Of a stretch of 64,000 nt of DNA, positions 9,233-18,005 are shown in pieces (within the stretch, counting starts at the first letter, position 1; every line of letters begins with the position of its first letter). The notes beneath the pieces were generated by a model, which saw nothing but the letters and a program-made list of their open reading frames with translations, was not told the DNA's origin and did no database searches. The stretch lies in assembly GCA_035536935.1 (NCBI GenBank), contig DATLNC010000143.1, positions 2,240 to 66,239 on the forward strand. Direction: 5' to 3'. Source of the DNA: Thermoanaerobaculia bacterium (GTDB taxonomy: Bacteria > Acidobacteriota > Thermoanaerobaculia > Multivoradales > UBA5704). The translations under genes were made by a program, and so were the position numbers.

Positions 9233-9472
9233 ATGCTTCGAAAGGTCGGTTTTCTCGCTTTGGTCCTAGCTTTGATCCTGCTGGTTTCCGGTGGCGCCCA
9301 GGCGATGCCTCTGGCAGGGTCGGCACGGGCTGCCGAGTCCCATGGAATCCTGGATCGATTCTGGGACTGGTTCGGATCTCTCTTTCAGGGCCATTCAGCG
9401 TCGAACGGTCAGCCGCAAGCGATCTGGGCCCAGGACGGGAGCCATATCGATCCTAACGGCGGACCACACTAA
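9233..9472 (+). CDS. small secreted peptide precursor (79 aa, Trp/Phe-rich mature part)
   Basis: Strong SD (AAGGGGAGGA) lies 5 nt upstream of the ATG. Signal peptide is MLRKVGFLALVLALILLVSGGAQA. The mature region contains DRFWDWFGSLFQGH. A Rho-independent terminator follows directly. Confidence 0.65.
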   Translation: MLRKVGFLALVLALILLVSGGAQAMPLAGSARAAESHGILDRFWDWFGSLFQGHSASNGQPQAIWAQDGSHIDPNGGPH

Positions 9473-9481
9473 ATCTGTGTC

Positions 9482-9516
9482 GCGCCGGATTCGCTTCGCT
9501 TCCGGCGCACTTTTTT
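9482..9516 (+). terminator. Rho-independent terminator
   Basis: Stem GCGCCGGA (9482-9489) pairs with TCCGGCGC (9501-9508), with an 11-nt loop, followed by TTTTTT (9511-9516). It starts 10 nt after the peptide stop codon. Confidence 0.75.
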
Positions 9517-9662
9517 GTCCCGTTTTTCGCGTCCCAAGCATCTTTTCTTTTAGATGCCACTCTTGTACCTATCTCATACACCGTTCAGGCAGCACTTCCG
9601 CCGTAATCACGGCCGTTTGCGGGAGAACTGCATTCGATTGAAGACCTTTGGAGGGTTTAGCA

Positions 9663-10847
9663 ATGAGGACTCACCCCCCTGACTATGACGCAGCTCTGAG
9701 GATCAACGCCCGCCGCCTCAATGAGTTACAGGCGGCCTACCGAGAGGAGCGGGTGGCAGCAAAGGGGCTGGTTGCTGAGCTCGCGCGACACCCGGCGGTG
9801 AGGCAGCGCATCCTGATAGCCAACCATCCCCGGTTCCACACCTGGGGTGTATTCGAGCATCTGATCGAGACCAGTCGCGAAGAGACCTCAAAGAACCCGA
9901 AGGGCGCGGAGGAATTGGCAAAGCTCGCCCTGGACCTGTCGGAGCACCTTGACACCTCCGTTTACGGGGTCCAGGCAATAGAGGATCTGCGAGCCAGAGC
10001 CTGGGCCTATATCGGCAACGCGCACCGGGTCCGATTCGAGCTACAGGGGGCGCAGGATGCGCTCGACCGTGCACTCCTCCACCTGCGTAAAGGGACGCGG
10101 GAGCCCTGGGAGCTCGCCGTCTGGCTGGACCTCAAAGCTTCTCTGCTCCGAGCCCAAAGACGTTTCGACGAGGCCATGCGGCTGCTCAAACGCGCCCTGA
10201 TTCTCTTCCTGGCCGTCGGAGACCGCCAGCGAGCAGGGCGCACTCTGATCAGCATGGACAACGTTCTCCACCGTGCAGGACAACCCGAGAAAGGTATCCC
10301 CCTTCTGTACCAGGCCCTCGATCTCATCGATCCAGAACAGGACCCCAGGCTTCTCTTCAGCGCCAAGCACAACCTCATCGACAACCTTGTCGATGCTGGC
10401 CGGAACCTGGAGGCCCAGAGACTCCTGATGCAGGCTAGTTCCCTCTATCGTCGCTTTGACGAGCCCTCATTCCGCAACCGCCGTTGCTGGGTCGAGGGCA
10501 AGATTGCACATGGGGTCGGACAGCCGGAAAGGGCGGAGGAGCTTCTCTTAAGGGCCAGGACCGGGTTCCAAGAGCAGGACGCAGCGTATGAAATCGCCCT
10601 CGTCTCGCTCGAGCTCGCGGGCCTTTACGCCGAACAGGGGCGCACGGCCGAAATGAAGCAGCTCGCCGAGGAAATGGTCCCGATCTTCTCCTCCCGCCAG
10701 ATCCATCGTGAAGCCCTCGCCGCTCTCTCGCTGTGGTGCCAGGCCGTCCACACCGAGACGGCAGGTGCGGAGCTCGCAGCCCAGGTGGCCTGCGCGATCA
10801 GACGGAGCCGCGAGGAGCAGAGTCTTTCCGGTCAGGACGTCGTCTAG
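9663..10847 (+). CDS. soluble TPR-like protein, paralog of 7860..9086 lacking the zinc motif
   Basis: ATG 9663 lies 9 nt downstream of GGAGGG (the ORF track begins at TTG 9648). Collinear similarity to the upstream paralog runs through most of its length, and it has a longer C-terminus. Confidence 0.8.
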   Translation: MRTHPPDYDAALRINARRLNELQAAYREERVAAKGLVAELARHPAVRQRILIANHPRFHTWGVFEHLIETSREETSKNPKGAEELAKLALDLSEHLDTSVYGVQAIEDLRARAWAYIGNAHRVRFELQGAQDALDRALLHLRKGTREPWELAVWLDLKASLLRAQRRFDEAMRLLKRALILFLAVGDRQRAGRTLISMDNVLHRAGQPEKGIPLLYQALDLIDPEQDPRLLFSAKHNLIDNLVDAGRNLEAQRLLMQASSLYRRFDEPSFRNRRCWVEGKIAHGVGQPERAEELLLRARTGFQEQDAAYEIALVSLELAGLYAEQGRTAEMKQLAEEMVPIFSSRQIHREALAALSLWCQAVHTETAGAELAAQVACAIRRSREEQSLSGQDVV

Positions 10848-10874
10848 AGAATCCAGAAAGACCAACAGGACAAC

Positions 10875-10928
10875 AAGGACATCAAGGACTCCAAGGCTTC
10901 CGCGTCCTTGAAGTCCTTGATGTCCCTT
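10875..10928. repeat. long imperfect inverted repeat (hairpin) built from AAGGAC-like words
   Basis: AAGGACATCAAGGACT (10875-10890) is complementary to AGTCCTTGATGTCC(C)TT (10912-10928). Inner arms CCAAGG/CCTTGA extend the stem. It sits just after the stop of 9663..10847. Confidence 0.6.
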
Positions 10929-10950
10929 TGGTCCTTCCCCCAAAAACAAC

Positions 10951-10974
10951 AAGCCCCCCGTCGCCGGGGGGCTT
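10951..10974 (-). terminator. Rho-independent terminator for the cupredoxin-like lipoprotein gene
   Basis: 10-bp stem AAGCCCCCCG/CGGGGGGCTT with a 4-nt loop. On the minus strand it is followed by GTTGTTTTTG. Confidence 0.65.
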
Positions 10975-11002
10975 GCAACGACCCTCTGCTGACGGGCCGG
11001 TT

Positions 11003-11812
11003 TTAGCCGCCGGTCTTCGGCTGGAAGTCGAAGGTCACGTCGGCCGTCTGGTTGGCCGCCACCGTGACTTGCTGGGTCGCGGTGCCGAGCTCCTCGTGCC
11101 AGGCCTCCAGTGTGTAGGTCCCCGGAGGCAGCTTGTCGATCGAGAACGTGCCGTCCTCGCCGCTCACCGCGTAGTACGGGTGGTCCAGCACGCCCATGTA
11201 GGCGTTCATCCAGGGGTGGACGTCGCACTTGACCGGGACCATCACCTCGGCCTTGTCGAACGTCTTGTCGAACTCCATGTTCTGGATCGGCTGGCCCTGG
11301 TTGAACTCCTGGTTCGACTTCGGCATCGCGTGGATGTTGTGCAGCGTGGCGTCGCTGTTCTTGATCGACAGCGGCTGGCCCACCTGGATGCCCATCACGT
11401 GCGGATGGTACTGGCAGGCCTGCTGGTCCAGGACCTTCTTCTCGGTCGGCGTCGGGAAGCTCTTGCCCTCGAGGCCGGTCTTCACGTACACGAAGACGTT
11501 GCCGAGCTTGCCGTCCTTCATCAGGTACTTGCCCGTATCGACCGGGGTCGTGTGCAGGCTCGCGCAGGTCGGATCGGCGTTCATCGCGATCGGCGTGTCG
11601 CCATCCGGACCGCTGTAGTTGATCACACCCTTCACACCACCCGCGTTGGCCGTGTCCACGGCCGGCGCGGTATCGGCCGGAGCATCGGAGGACGCCTCAG
11701 GAACGTCGTCACCCTCGCCCGAACCCTCACCCTCGCCGCCACCACCGCAAGCGACCAGAAGCGCCAGCGAGCAACAGAGGACGAGTAGCATCCAGAATCG
11801 ATTCCTGCTCAT
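11003..11812 (-). CDS. lipoprotein with cupredoxin-like (putative type-1 Cu) domain and carboxypeptidase-regulatory-like beta-sandwich
   Basis: Lipobox LLVAC followed by a Gly/Glu/Asp linker. Candidate Cu ligands are HNIH and C-x2-H-x2-M (KCDVHPWM). The C-terminal motif DGTFSIDKLPPGTYTLEAWHE is typical of CarboxypepD_reg-like domains. Confidence 0.7.
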   Translation of the reverse strand: MSRNRFWMLLVLCCSLALLVACGGGGEGEGSGEGDDVPEASSDAPADTAPAVDTANAGGVKGVINYSGPDGDTPIAMNADPTCASLHTTPVDTGKYLMKDGKLGNVFVYVKTGLEGKSFPTPTEKKVLDQQACQYHPHVMGIQVGQPLSIKNSDATLHNIHAMPKSNQEFNQGQPIQNMEFDKTFDKAEVMVPVKCDVHPWMNAYMGVLDHPYYAVSGEDGTFSIDKLPPGTYTLEAWHEELGTATQQVTVAANQTADVTFDFQPKTGG

Positions 11813-11865
11813 TCACAAACCTCCTTGAAAGGATCTTTTAGATCGAGATACCGCCGGAGTGGGAA

Positions 11866-11899
11866 GACCGGCCGCTGGATTATGTCACAGCGGCCGGTC
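11866..11899 (-). terminator. intercistronic 12-bp perfect hairpin (attenuator or mRNA-stabilising element)
   Basis: GACCGGCCGCTG (11866-11877) pairs with CAGCGGCCGGTC (11888-11899) around a 10-nt loop. It lies between the octaheme cytochrome stop and the next gene. There is no clear T-tract, so its function is uncertain. Confidence 0.4.
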
Positions 11900-11918
11900 C
11901 TCGGCTCAAGCTGAACGA

Positions 11919-14900
11919 CTAACGCCCTCCCGCGGCCCCTGCCGAGACGGCCGGAGCCCCACCCCCGTCCACGGTCCCCGCCGTCGTCGTGGCCGGTCCC
12001 GGGACGGTGCCGCCGGAAAGCCGCCAGATATGGTCGCGGATCGCCGCCGTCACCTTGTCCGTATCGGCCAGATAGGCGTTCATCTCGGCCTCGGACGCGA
12101 AGTACGGCAGGATCTGCTGCCTCTGCGCGGCGTAGGCCGGGGAGGCCAGCGCCTGGGCCACCGGCGACATGAACTCGCCAGGCTTGGTCTCCGGGAAGAA
12201 CGACGGCATGCGCGTGCCCGGGATCCAGCCCTGCGGGTTCTTCACCCAGGACGGGACCCAGTCGTGGCGCAGCCGCTCCCCGGCGAGCAGCAGGGACGGC
12301 GCGAGGTCGCCCGCTGCCGCCGTGCCCCCTGCGACTACCGGACCGGACGGATGGCACTTGGCGCACTGGAACATGTCGAACACCATCTTGCCCACTGCCA
12401 GGTCGCGCGCATGGGCCGCCACCGGCCGCGACGCGAACGGCTTCTGCTTCTCCCGCGACGCGAAGTAGCCGACCAGGGTGTTGGCCTGCTCGTCCGTGAA
12501 CCCGAAGGTGGGCATGCGCGCCGTGAGCCACGGCCGCATCCTCACGCGGCTGGGATCGTGGAGGTAGGCGAACAGCCAGTCGCCCTGTACCCGCGCCCCT
12601 TCGGCCGCCAGGTTCGGCGGCAGCATGGCCGGATCCTTGATCACCTGCTGGATCGCGTGGCCCTGTCCCTCGATCAGGTGGCAGCCCTGGCAGTTGAAGC
12701 GCGTGATCAGCTTGCGCCCCTCGGCCATGGCGGCCATGCGGCTGCCGTCCGCGGAACCCGCCTTGCGCGTCGCCGCCGCCGTCTCCTTGGTGAAGCCGAC
12801 GATGTTGGCGGTGATCGCCTGGGCCTCGCGCTCGGACATGCCGAAGTTCGGCATCTTGAGCAGCTCGTTGTAGTCCTTGACCCGCTCCTTGCCCTCGTCC
12901 CAGATGCGCGGCCGCAGCACCTTGGTCCTCACCCAGTCGTGACGGGTGTGGGAGACGCTGTGCACGTGGCCGAAGTCGAACTGGTGCATCGGCTTCGAGC
13001 CCTCCTGGGTCAGCTCGGTGCCGATCGGCTTGGCCTTTTCGAAGCCCTTGATGTCGTGGCAGCTGTAGCAGCCGTACTTGGCGATCGTCTGCTCGCCCAG
13101 GTAGACGTTGCGCTCGGTCTGGGACATGGCGTTCAGCTTGGAACGGCTGGACTCCAGGGTGAACAGGTTCTGGAGGTAACCCAGCGCCAGCTCGTCGCGG
13201 ACCTTGGTGTCGACCTGCGGCAGAGGCACGTTTTCATACTTCGGGTCGCGGCTCGACGACAGATAGGCGACGACGTCGGACGCCTCCTGGTCGGTGAGCC
13301 GCAGGTTCGGCATGTTCGTGTCGGGGAAGTACTGCTTCGGGTTCTTCACCCAGGCGTAGAGCCAGCCCTTGCTCACCTTGCTGCCGGTGCGCACCAGGTT
13401 GGGACCGTGCAGGCGGTTGATCCTGGGGAAGAAATCGTCCCGCTTGGCCTTGGCGTCCAGGATGTGGCAGCCGGCGCAGCCCACGGACTCGAAGACCCTC
13501 CTGCCGTTGGCCGGATCGCCCGCCGGGGCCGGTCCGTACTGCGGCCGGTCCGAGTTCGCCCACAGGTAGTCGACGATGGCGCGGATCTCCGCCGCCTGCC
13601 GCTTCTTGTTCTCCGGCGTCTCGGTGTTCTCCTGGTAGAAGAAGTGCGGCATGAACGTCGTCGGATGGAAGCTCCGCGGCGCCTCGATCCACTTGTACGC
13701 CCAGCCGGGGTTGGTCTTGCCGGCGATGCGCGTCAGGTCCGGTCCCGCCTTGCGCATGTTCGTATAGGACGGGTAGTTGATCGGATGGCAGCCGTTGCAC
13801 CCCATGTGGGTGATCAGCTCGCGGCCCACGTCCTGCGTTTCCGCCTTGGGCGTCCAGACGCCTCCCGCGTGGCAGGTCGCGCAGCCCGCCTCGGTCATGC
13901 CGGCAGGCAGGATCGGGTACTCCAGGTAGGCCTGCTGCTTCCAGTTGTACTTGCGCTCCCACTCCTTGCGCTGCTCGTCCGATTTCGGGCTGTGGCCGGC
14001 GCGGGAGAAGTCGGTGGCGCGGTCAAGACCGCCGTGGCAGACGGTGCAGCCGAACTGGGTGTAGGGATGCGGCGAGCTGTCGCCGACGAACTCCGCGAGC
14101 CGCGGGTGGCTGCGGTAGGGCTCCTTCCACTCCACGTCCTTGGTCGCCGGATCGTCTTCGAAGCCCGGGCGGTTCGCGGCCACGTGACAGGTCACGCAGC
14201 GGTCCACCCGGTTGATCTCGGTGAAGTTGATGTTGTGCGTCAGGCCCGGCAGGATCACCTGCTGCACGGAGAGGGTGGGCTTGACGAAGTCCATCAGCGG
14301 AGCGTTGAGCACGAAGTAGGCGGGGTCCTTGTCCAGGGCGGCGGCGCGGGTCTCCAGGCTGTCGACACCCGCCCGCAGGGCGGCCAGCCTCTCCTCGGCG
14401 TCGGTCACGGCCTTGCGGCGCTGGGCGATCTCGGCCTGGACCGCATCGCGCTGTTTCCCGTACCCCTCCCTCTCCGCCTGGGCATCGGTCAGAGCCTTCT
14501 TCTCCTCCTGGACGCGGTCGCGCTTGTCCGGGTCGACAGCCCCGCCGGCCTGGATCGACTGGTCATAGAGGAAACGGGCTTCGTCGAGCCGCGCCTTGGC
14601 GCCGCGCCACTTCGAATCGGCCTGGCTCCACTTGGAGGACAGCTCCCGCACCTGATCCTCGAGCTTCGCGATCTCGTCGCGGTGCTTGCCCACGGCCTTC
14701 TCGGCCGTCCGGATCTCGGCCTGGAGCTGCTTGCTCTGACCCCCGATCTTGTCGCTCTCCTCCTTCAGCTCCTTGCGCAGCTGCTCCTTTTCCAGGTCGC
14801 GGAATTCGGCCTGGAACCGCTTCCAAGGCTGCGCGTAGTCGGCGACGACCATCCACAGGGTGGTCGCCAGCAGCGCCAGGGCGCTGATGGCGAACCACAT

Positions 14901-14963
14901 GTTCATGCGACCGAAGTTGTAGTGCCGGTCCGGTCGCTTTTCGGGCGGTGTGATCGGTGGCAA
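11919..14963 (-). CDS. membrane-anchored octaheme c-type cytochrome of the Rieske/cyt b complex operon
   Basis: 1014 aa. TTG start lies 6 nt downstream of an AAGGAG SD. It has an N-terminal TM helix, an about 200-aa coiled-coil-like charged region and eight CxxCH motifs (CVTCH, CTVCH, CATCH, CNGCH, CAGCH, CYSCH, CQGCH, CAKCH). Confidence 0.9.
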   Translation of the reverse strand: MPPITPPEKRPDRHYNFGRMNMWFAISALALLATTLWMVVADYAQPWKRFQAEFRDLEKEQLRKELKEESDKIGGQSKQLQAEIRTAEKAVGKHRDEIAKLEDQVRELSSKWSQADSKWRGAKARLDEARFLYDQSIQAGGAVDPDKRDRVQEEKKALTDAQAEREGYGKQRDAVQAEIAQRRKAVTDAEERLAALRAGVDSLETRAAALDKDPAYFVLNAPLMDFVKPTLSVQQVILPGLTHNINFTEINRVDRCVTCHVAANRPGFEDDPATKDVEWKEPYRSHPRLAEFVGDSSPHPYTQFGCTVCHGGLDRATDFSRAGHSPKSDEQRKEWERKYNWKQQAYLEYPILPAGMTEAGCATCHAGGVWTPKAETQDVGRELITHMGCNGCHPINYPSYTNMRKAGPDLTRIAGKTNPGWAYKWIEAPRSFHPTTFMPHFFYQENTETPENKKRQAAEIRAIVDYLWANSDRPQYGPAPAGDPANGRRVFESVGCAGCHILDAKAKRDDFFPRINRLHGPNLVRTGSKVSKGWLYAWVKNPKQYFPDTNMPNLRLTDQEASDVVAYLSSSRDPKYENVPLPQVDTKVRDELALGYLQNLFTLESSRSKLNAMSQTERNVYLGEQTIAKYGCYSCHDIKGFEKAKPIGTELTQEGSKPMHQFDFGHVHSVSHTRHDWVRTKVLRPRIWDEGKERVKDYNELLKMPNFGMSEREAQAITANIVGFTKETAAATRKAGSADGSRMAAMAEGRKLITRFNCQGCHLIEGQGHAIQQVIKDPAMLPPNLAAEGARVQGDWLFAYLHDPSRVRMRPWLTARMPTFGFTDEQANTLVGYFASREKQKPFASRPVAAHARDLAVGKMVFDMFQCAKCHPSGPVVAGGTAAAGDLAPSLLLAGERLRHDWVPSWVKNPQGWIPGTRMPSFFPETKPGEFMSPVAQALASPAYAAQRQQILPYFASEAEMNAYLADTDKVTAAIRDHIWRLSGGTVPGPATTTAGTVDGGGAPAVSAGAAGGR

Positions 14964-14978
14964 CTCAGGCTCCTTGCA

Positions 14979-16124
14979 CTAAATATTGAAGAAGTACTCC
15001 TGGATGTACACGAAGTACTTCAGGTTGAACAGCCAGCGGCAGTACATCTTGATCGGCAGCAGCATCATGAACAGGAACAGGGTGATGCCGGTGTAATAGC
15101 GCGCCGGCCCCATCTTCTCGAAGTAGGTCCGCACCCGCTTCGTCCGGCGCAGGAGCACCGGCAGGCCGAAGAAGTAGAACCCCATGAGCAGGATGCCGGG
15201 GAGCTCGCGGATGAACCAACTGCCGGGCAGGCCCATCCGCAGGAGCTTGATCCAGAAGTACTCCGAAAGGTTGACGTTGACCAGGGCCTCGACCTTGCCG
15301 GGATCCCAGTACTCGAAGGGGCCGAAGAAGTTCCAGTTCGGCCCGCGCAGGAAGGTGCCGATGACGATCATCTGGCTCCACAGGATCAGGAAGCCGAACA
15401 GGAACAGGCCGATCTCGACCCTGCGCTCGCGGAACGTGTAGTAGCCGTTCCCCTTGGGGTTCGTGTCGATGTAGGGGATCGCCATCAGCCCGACGATGAT
15501 CAGGCCGGGCAGCACCACGCCCGCCAGCCAGGGGTCGAAGTAGACCAGCATCTCCTGGAGGCCGAGGAAGTACCAGGGCGCTTTCGACGGGTTGGGGGCG
15601 AGCGCCGGGTTGGCCGGCTCTTCGAGCGGCGCCTTGAGGACGATCGACCAGATCACCATGCCGACCGTCAGGAGCACCATGCAGATGAACTCGGAGAAGA
15701 CCAGGTCGGGCCAGGTGAAGATGCGGTCCTCGACCTCGGTCGCCTCGTAGGTGGGCTGGCCCGCGGCGAGCCGGGCGTCGTTCTCCGTGGCCTTGTGCAT
15801 GGAGAACCAGATGAAGAAGCCGACCAGGAACACCATCATGACGATGGGCACGTTGTCCGGCTTGGCCACGATCGACTTGAAGTCGGGATCGAACAGCGAG
15901 AGCACGAAAAAGCCCACGCCGACCGCGAGCATGATCAGCCCCGCGCGCTTGGTCCACAGGGACCGGGAGCGCAGCATGAAATAGAAGGCGATCAGCGACA
16001 GCGTGAACGACCAGTAGGGATAGGCGAGGATGTCGACGAAGTGCTTGATGCCCTCCATCGGTCCCCCGCCTCCCCCTTCCGCAAACGCCAGCATCGATAG
16101 CATTGGCAGCATGGCCTCGATCAT
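14979..16124 (-). CDS. cytochrome b C-terminal-domain subunit (PetD/subunit IV-like) with extra N-terminal TM helices
   Basis: 381-aa polytopic protein containing the PEWY-equivalent motif (KAPWYFLGLQEM). It lies immediately downstream of the cytochrome b N-terminal subunit. Confidence 0.88.
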   Translation of the reverse strand: MIEAMLPMLSMLAFAEGGGGGPMEGIKHFVDILAYPYWSFTLSLIAFYFMLRSRSLWTKRAGLIMLAVGVGFFVLSLFDPDFKSIVAKPDNVPIVMMVFLVGFFIWFSMHKATENDARLAAGQPTYEATEVEDRIFTWPDLVFSEFICMVLLTVGMVIWSIVLKAPLEEPANPALAPNPSKAPWYFLGLQEMLVYFDPWLAGVVLPGLIIVGLMAIPYIDTNPKGNGYYTFRERRVEIGLFLFGFLILWSQMIVIGTFLRGPNWNFFGPFEYWDPGKVEALVNVNLSEYFWIKLLRMGLPGSWFIRELPGILLMGFYFFGLPVLLRRTKRVRTYFEKMGPARYYTGITLFLFMMLLPIKMYCRWLFNLKYFVYIQEYFFNI

Positions 16125-16134
16125 GTCATCCCCC

Positions 16135-16902
16135 TTAGCTGGGACCCGAGATGCCGCCGTCCTTGCGGACGCGCCAGAAGTGGACCGCCATGAGGAAGGC
16201 GGCGACGAGCGGGATGCCGACGCAGTGCAGCACGTAGAAGCGGATGAGCGTGGCGTTGCCGATGGTCCGCCCGCCGATCAGGGCGAAGCGGGCATCGCTG
16301 CCCACGTGGATCAACCGTTCGCCTCCCAATTTCAGGAAGGCAGCCCCTGGTCCCTCGTTGCCTAACAGGGGTGTCGCGCGGGCCATGTTCGATCCGACCG
16401 TGATCGCCCAGATCGCGAGCTGGTCCCACGGCAGGAGATAGCCGGTGAACGAGAGGAGCAGCGTCAGCACCAGGAGGATCACGCCGACGTTCCAGTTGAA
16501 CTCGCGGGGCGGCTTGTACGAGCCGGTCATGAACACGCGGAACATGTGGAGCCAGACCGAGATCACCATGGCGTGGGCGCCCCATCGGTGCAGCTCGCGC
16601 ATGATGCCGAACGCCGCGGCCTCGCGCAGGTCGACGATGTCGACGAAGGCGTACTCCACGGACGGACGGTAGTAGAACATCAGCAGCAGCCCGGTGATCG
16701 TCTCCACCAGGAACAGGAAGAAGGCCGTCCCGCCCATGCACCACGTGTAGCTCATGCGGATGCCGGACTTCTTGACCTTGATCGGGTGCAGGTGCAGCAC
16801 CACGTTGCCCAGCATGGCGAGCGCGCGCTTGCGGTTGTCGGTCGGGATGCCCACCCGGAAGATGGATTTCCAGACCTGTGTCTTGGTGATGCCTTTGAAC
16901 AT
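16135..16902 (-). CDS. cytochrome b N-terminal-domain subunit (cytochrome b6-like)
   Basis: 255 aa. Heme-ligand helices are present (NVVLHLHP, RELHRWGAHAMV, FTGYLLPWDQ). Confidence 0.92.
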   Translation of the reverse strand: MFKGITKTQVWKSIFRVGIPTDNRKRALAMLGNVVLHLHPIKVKKSGIRMSYTWCMGGTAFFLFLVETITGLLLMFYYRPSVEYAFVDIVDLREAAAFGIMRELHRWGAHAMVISVWLHMFRVFMTGSYKPPREFNWNVGVILLVLTLLLSFTGYLLPWDQLAIWAITVGSNMARATPLLGNEGPGAAFLKLGGERLIHVGSDARFALIGGRTIGNATLIRFYVLHCVGIPLVAAFLMAVHFWRVRKDGGISGPS

Positions 16903-16943
16903 GGCGCCTCTCTGGTCAGGTTTGACGTTCTAAGACGTTCTCG

Positions 16944-17867
16944 TCAAGCCAGGGAAATGAAGGAGTTGGGGTCCTCCCACTGGCCGAGCTCCTGCTGAAA
17001 CTTCTGAGCCTTGTCGACGACGATCTGGCCGTCGTCCGGGCTGAGGAAGATCCGCGCCCGCTCCAGGGGCCGCGGGGTCGGGCCCTCGAAGTTGACGCCG
17101 CTCTTGTAATAGCCGCTGCCGTGGCACGGGCACTTGAACTTGTTCTGCGTCTCCAGCCAGGCCGGCGGGCAGCCGAGGTGCGTGCAGATCGCGATCAGCG
17201 CGTAGAGCTTGCCCTCGTTGTTGACGATCCAGACCCCGTACTTGTCGACGAAGCGGGTGTCCACCACGCCGGCGCCGACATCCTGCGGGTAGCCGGCCTT
17301 GAAGGTCGTCGGGGGCTCGAACAGCACGTTGGGGAACATGAAGCGCCCCATGGCCGTGACGCAGCCGCCGATCGCCGCCGAGAAGCCGACCCAGGCCACC
17401 GCGGCCCAGGAGAAGAACCCGCGGCGGGACATGTCCTCGCCCTTGCCTGCCTTGGGAGCCGGAGCGGTCCCAGCCGCGGCCGGAGTGGCCGTGGCCTTGG
17501 CCGCGGCAGCCGCGGCGACGGGAGCCGGAGCGGGGGCCGGCTTGCCCTCGGCCGCCAGCTTGGCTGCATGAGCGGCGCGGGCGGCGGCGACCTTCTCGGC
17601 TTTCGCGTCGGCCGCCGCTTTTTCGGCGGCGTCCGGCCCTGGCGGCGGAACGACGGGAGCGTTGGTCCCGCCCGCCACGGCGGGAGCTTCCGCGGCAGCG
17701 GCCTCCGAGGGAGAAGCCTTGAACGTCTCGGAAGTGGCAGCAGCCTGCCTCTCCGGAACCGGAGCGGTATCGGTCTTGGCAGCCCCCGCCTCGGCGCGGG
17801 CGCCTTCCGTGGCCATCTTGGGCGGCCCCGGCTCGGACGCGGGACCGTCCTTCGTCTCGTCAGCCAT
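16944..17867 (-). CDS. Rieske 2Fe-2S subunit with long Ala/Pro-rich N-terminal extension
   Basis: Cluster boxes CTHLGC and CPCHGS are present. The twin-arginine motif SRRGFFSW appears only at residue about 147. An alternative start at ATG 17432 (MSRRGFF) would remove the extension. Confidence 0.9.
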   Translation of the reverse strand: MADETKDGPASEPGPPKMATEGARAEAGAAKTDTAPVPERQAAATSETFKASPSEAAAAEAPAVAGGTNAPVVPPPGPDAAEKAAADAKAEKVAAARAAHAAKLAAEGKPAPAPAPVAAAAAAKATATPAAAGTAPAPKAGKGEDMSRRGFFSWAAVAWVGFSAAIGGCVTAMGRFMFPNVLFEPPTTFKAGYPQDVGAGVVDTRFVDKYGVWIVNNEGKLYALIAICTHLGCPPAWLETQNKFKCPCHGSGYYKSGVNFEGPTPRPLERARIFLSPDDGQIVVDKAQKFQQELGQWEDPNSFISLA

Positions 17868-17929
17868 GTTGCCCCTTTCCTACTGCATTTCCATACGGGC
17901 CCTGGTGTCTACATCCTTTCGGGTGCCCC

Positions 17930-17959
17930 TTTCTAGCGAAAGGGGACAGGGGGTGTCAA
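17930..17959 (-). promoter_or_regulatory. candidate sigma70-type promoter upstream of the Rieske/cyt b operon
   Basis: Minus strand reads TTGACA (17959-17954), N18, TAGAAA (17935-17930). It is purely a motif match and overlaps a small hairpin. Confidence 0.25.
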
Positions 17960-18005
17960 CGCCGCATTGCGGCGCGGAGGTAAACCCCCTCCAAACCTGG
18001 AAAAA

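Noticed and set aside
11859-16100. 1413-aa plus-strand ORF. Similar very long ORFs occur at 134..1795(+), 21086..23179(+), 32396..35725(-), 54159..57518(-), 53966..57286(+) and 57061..58554(-).
   Set aside because: All lie antisense to, or out of frame with, genes that have unmistakable family motifs. Their translations are Arg/Gly/Pro/Asp/His-rich with no motifs, which is the usual stop-codon-poor shadow-ORF artefact of high-G+C DNA.
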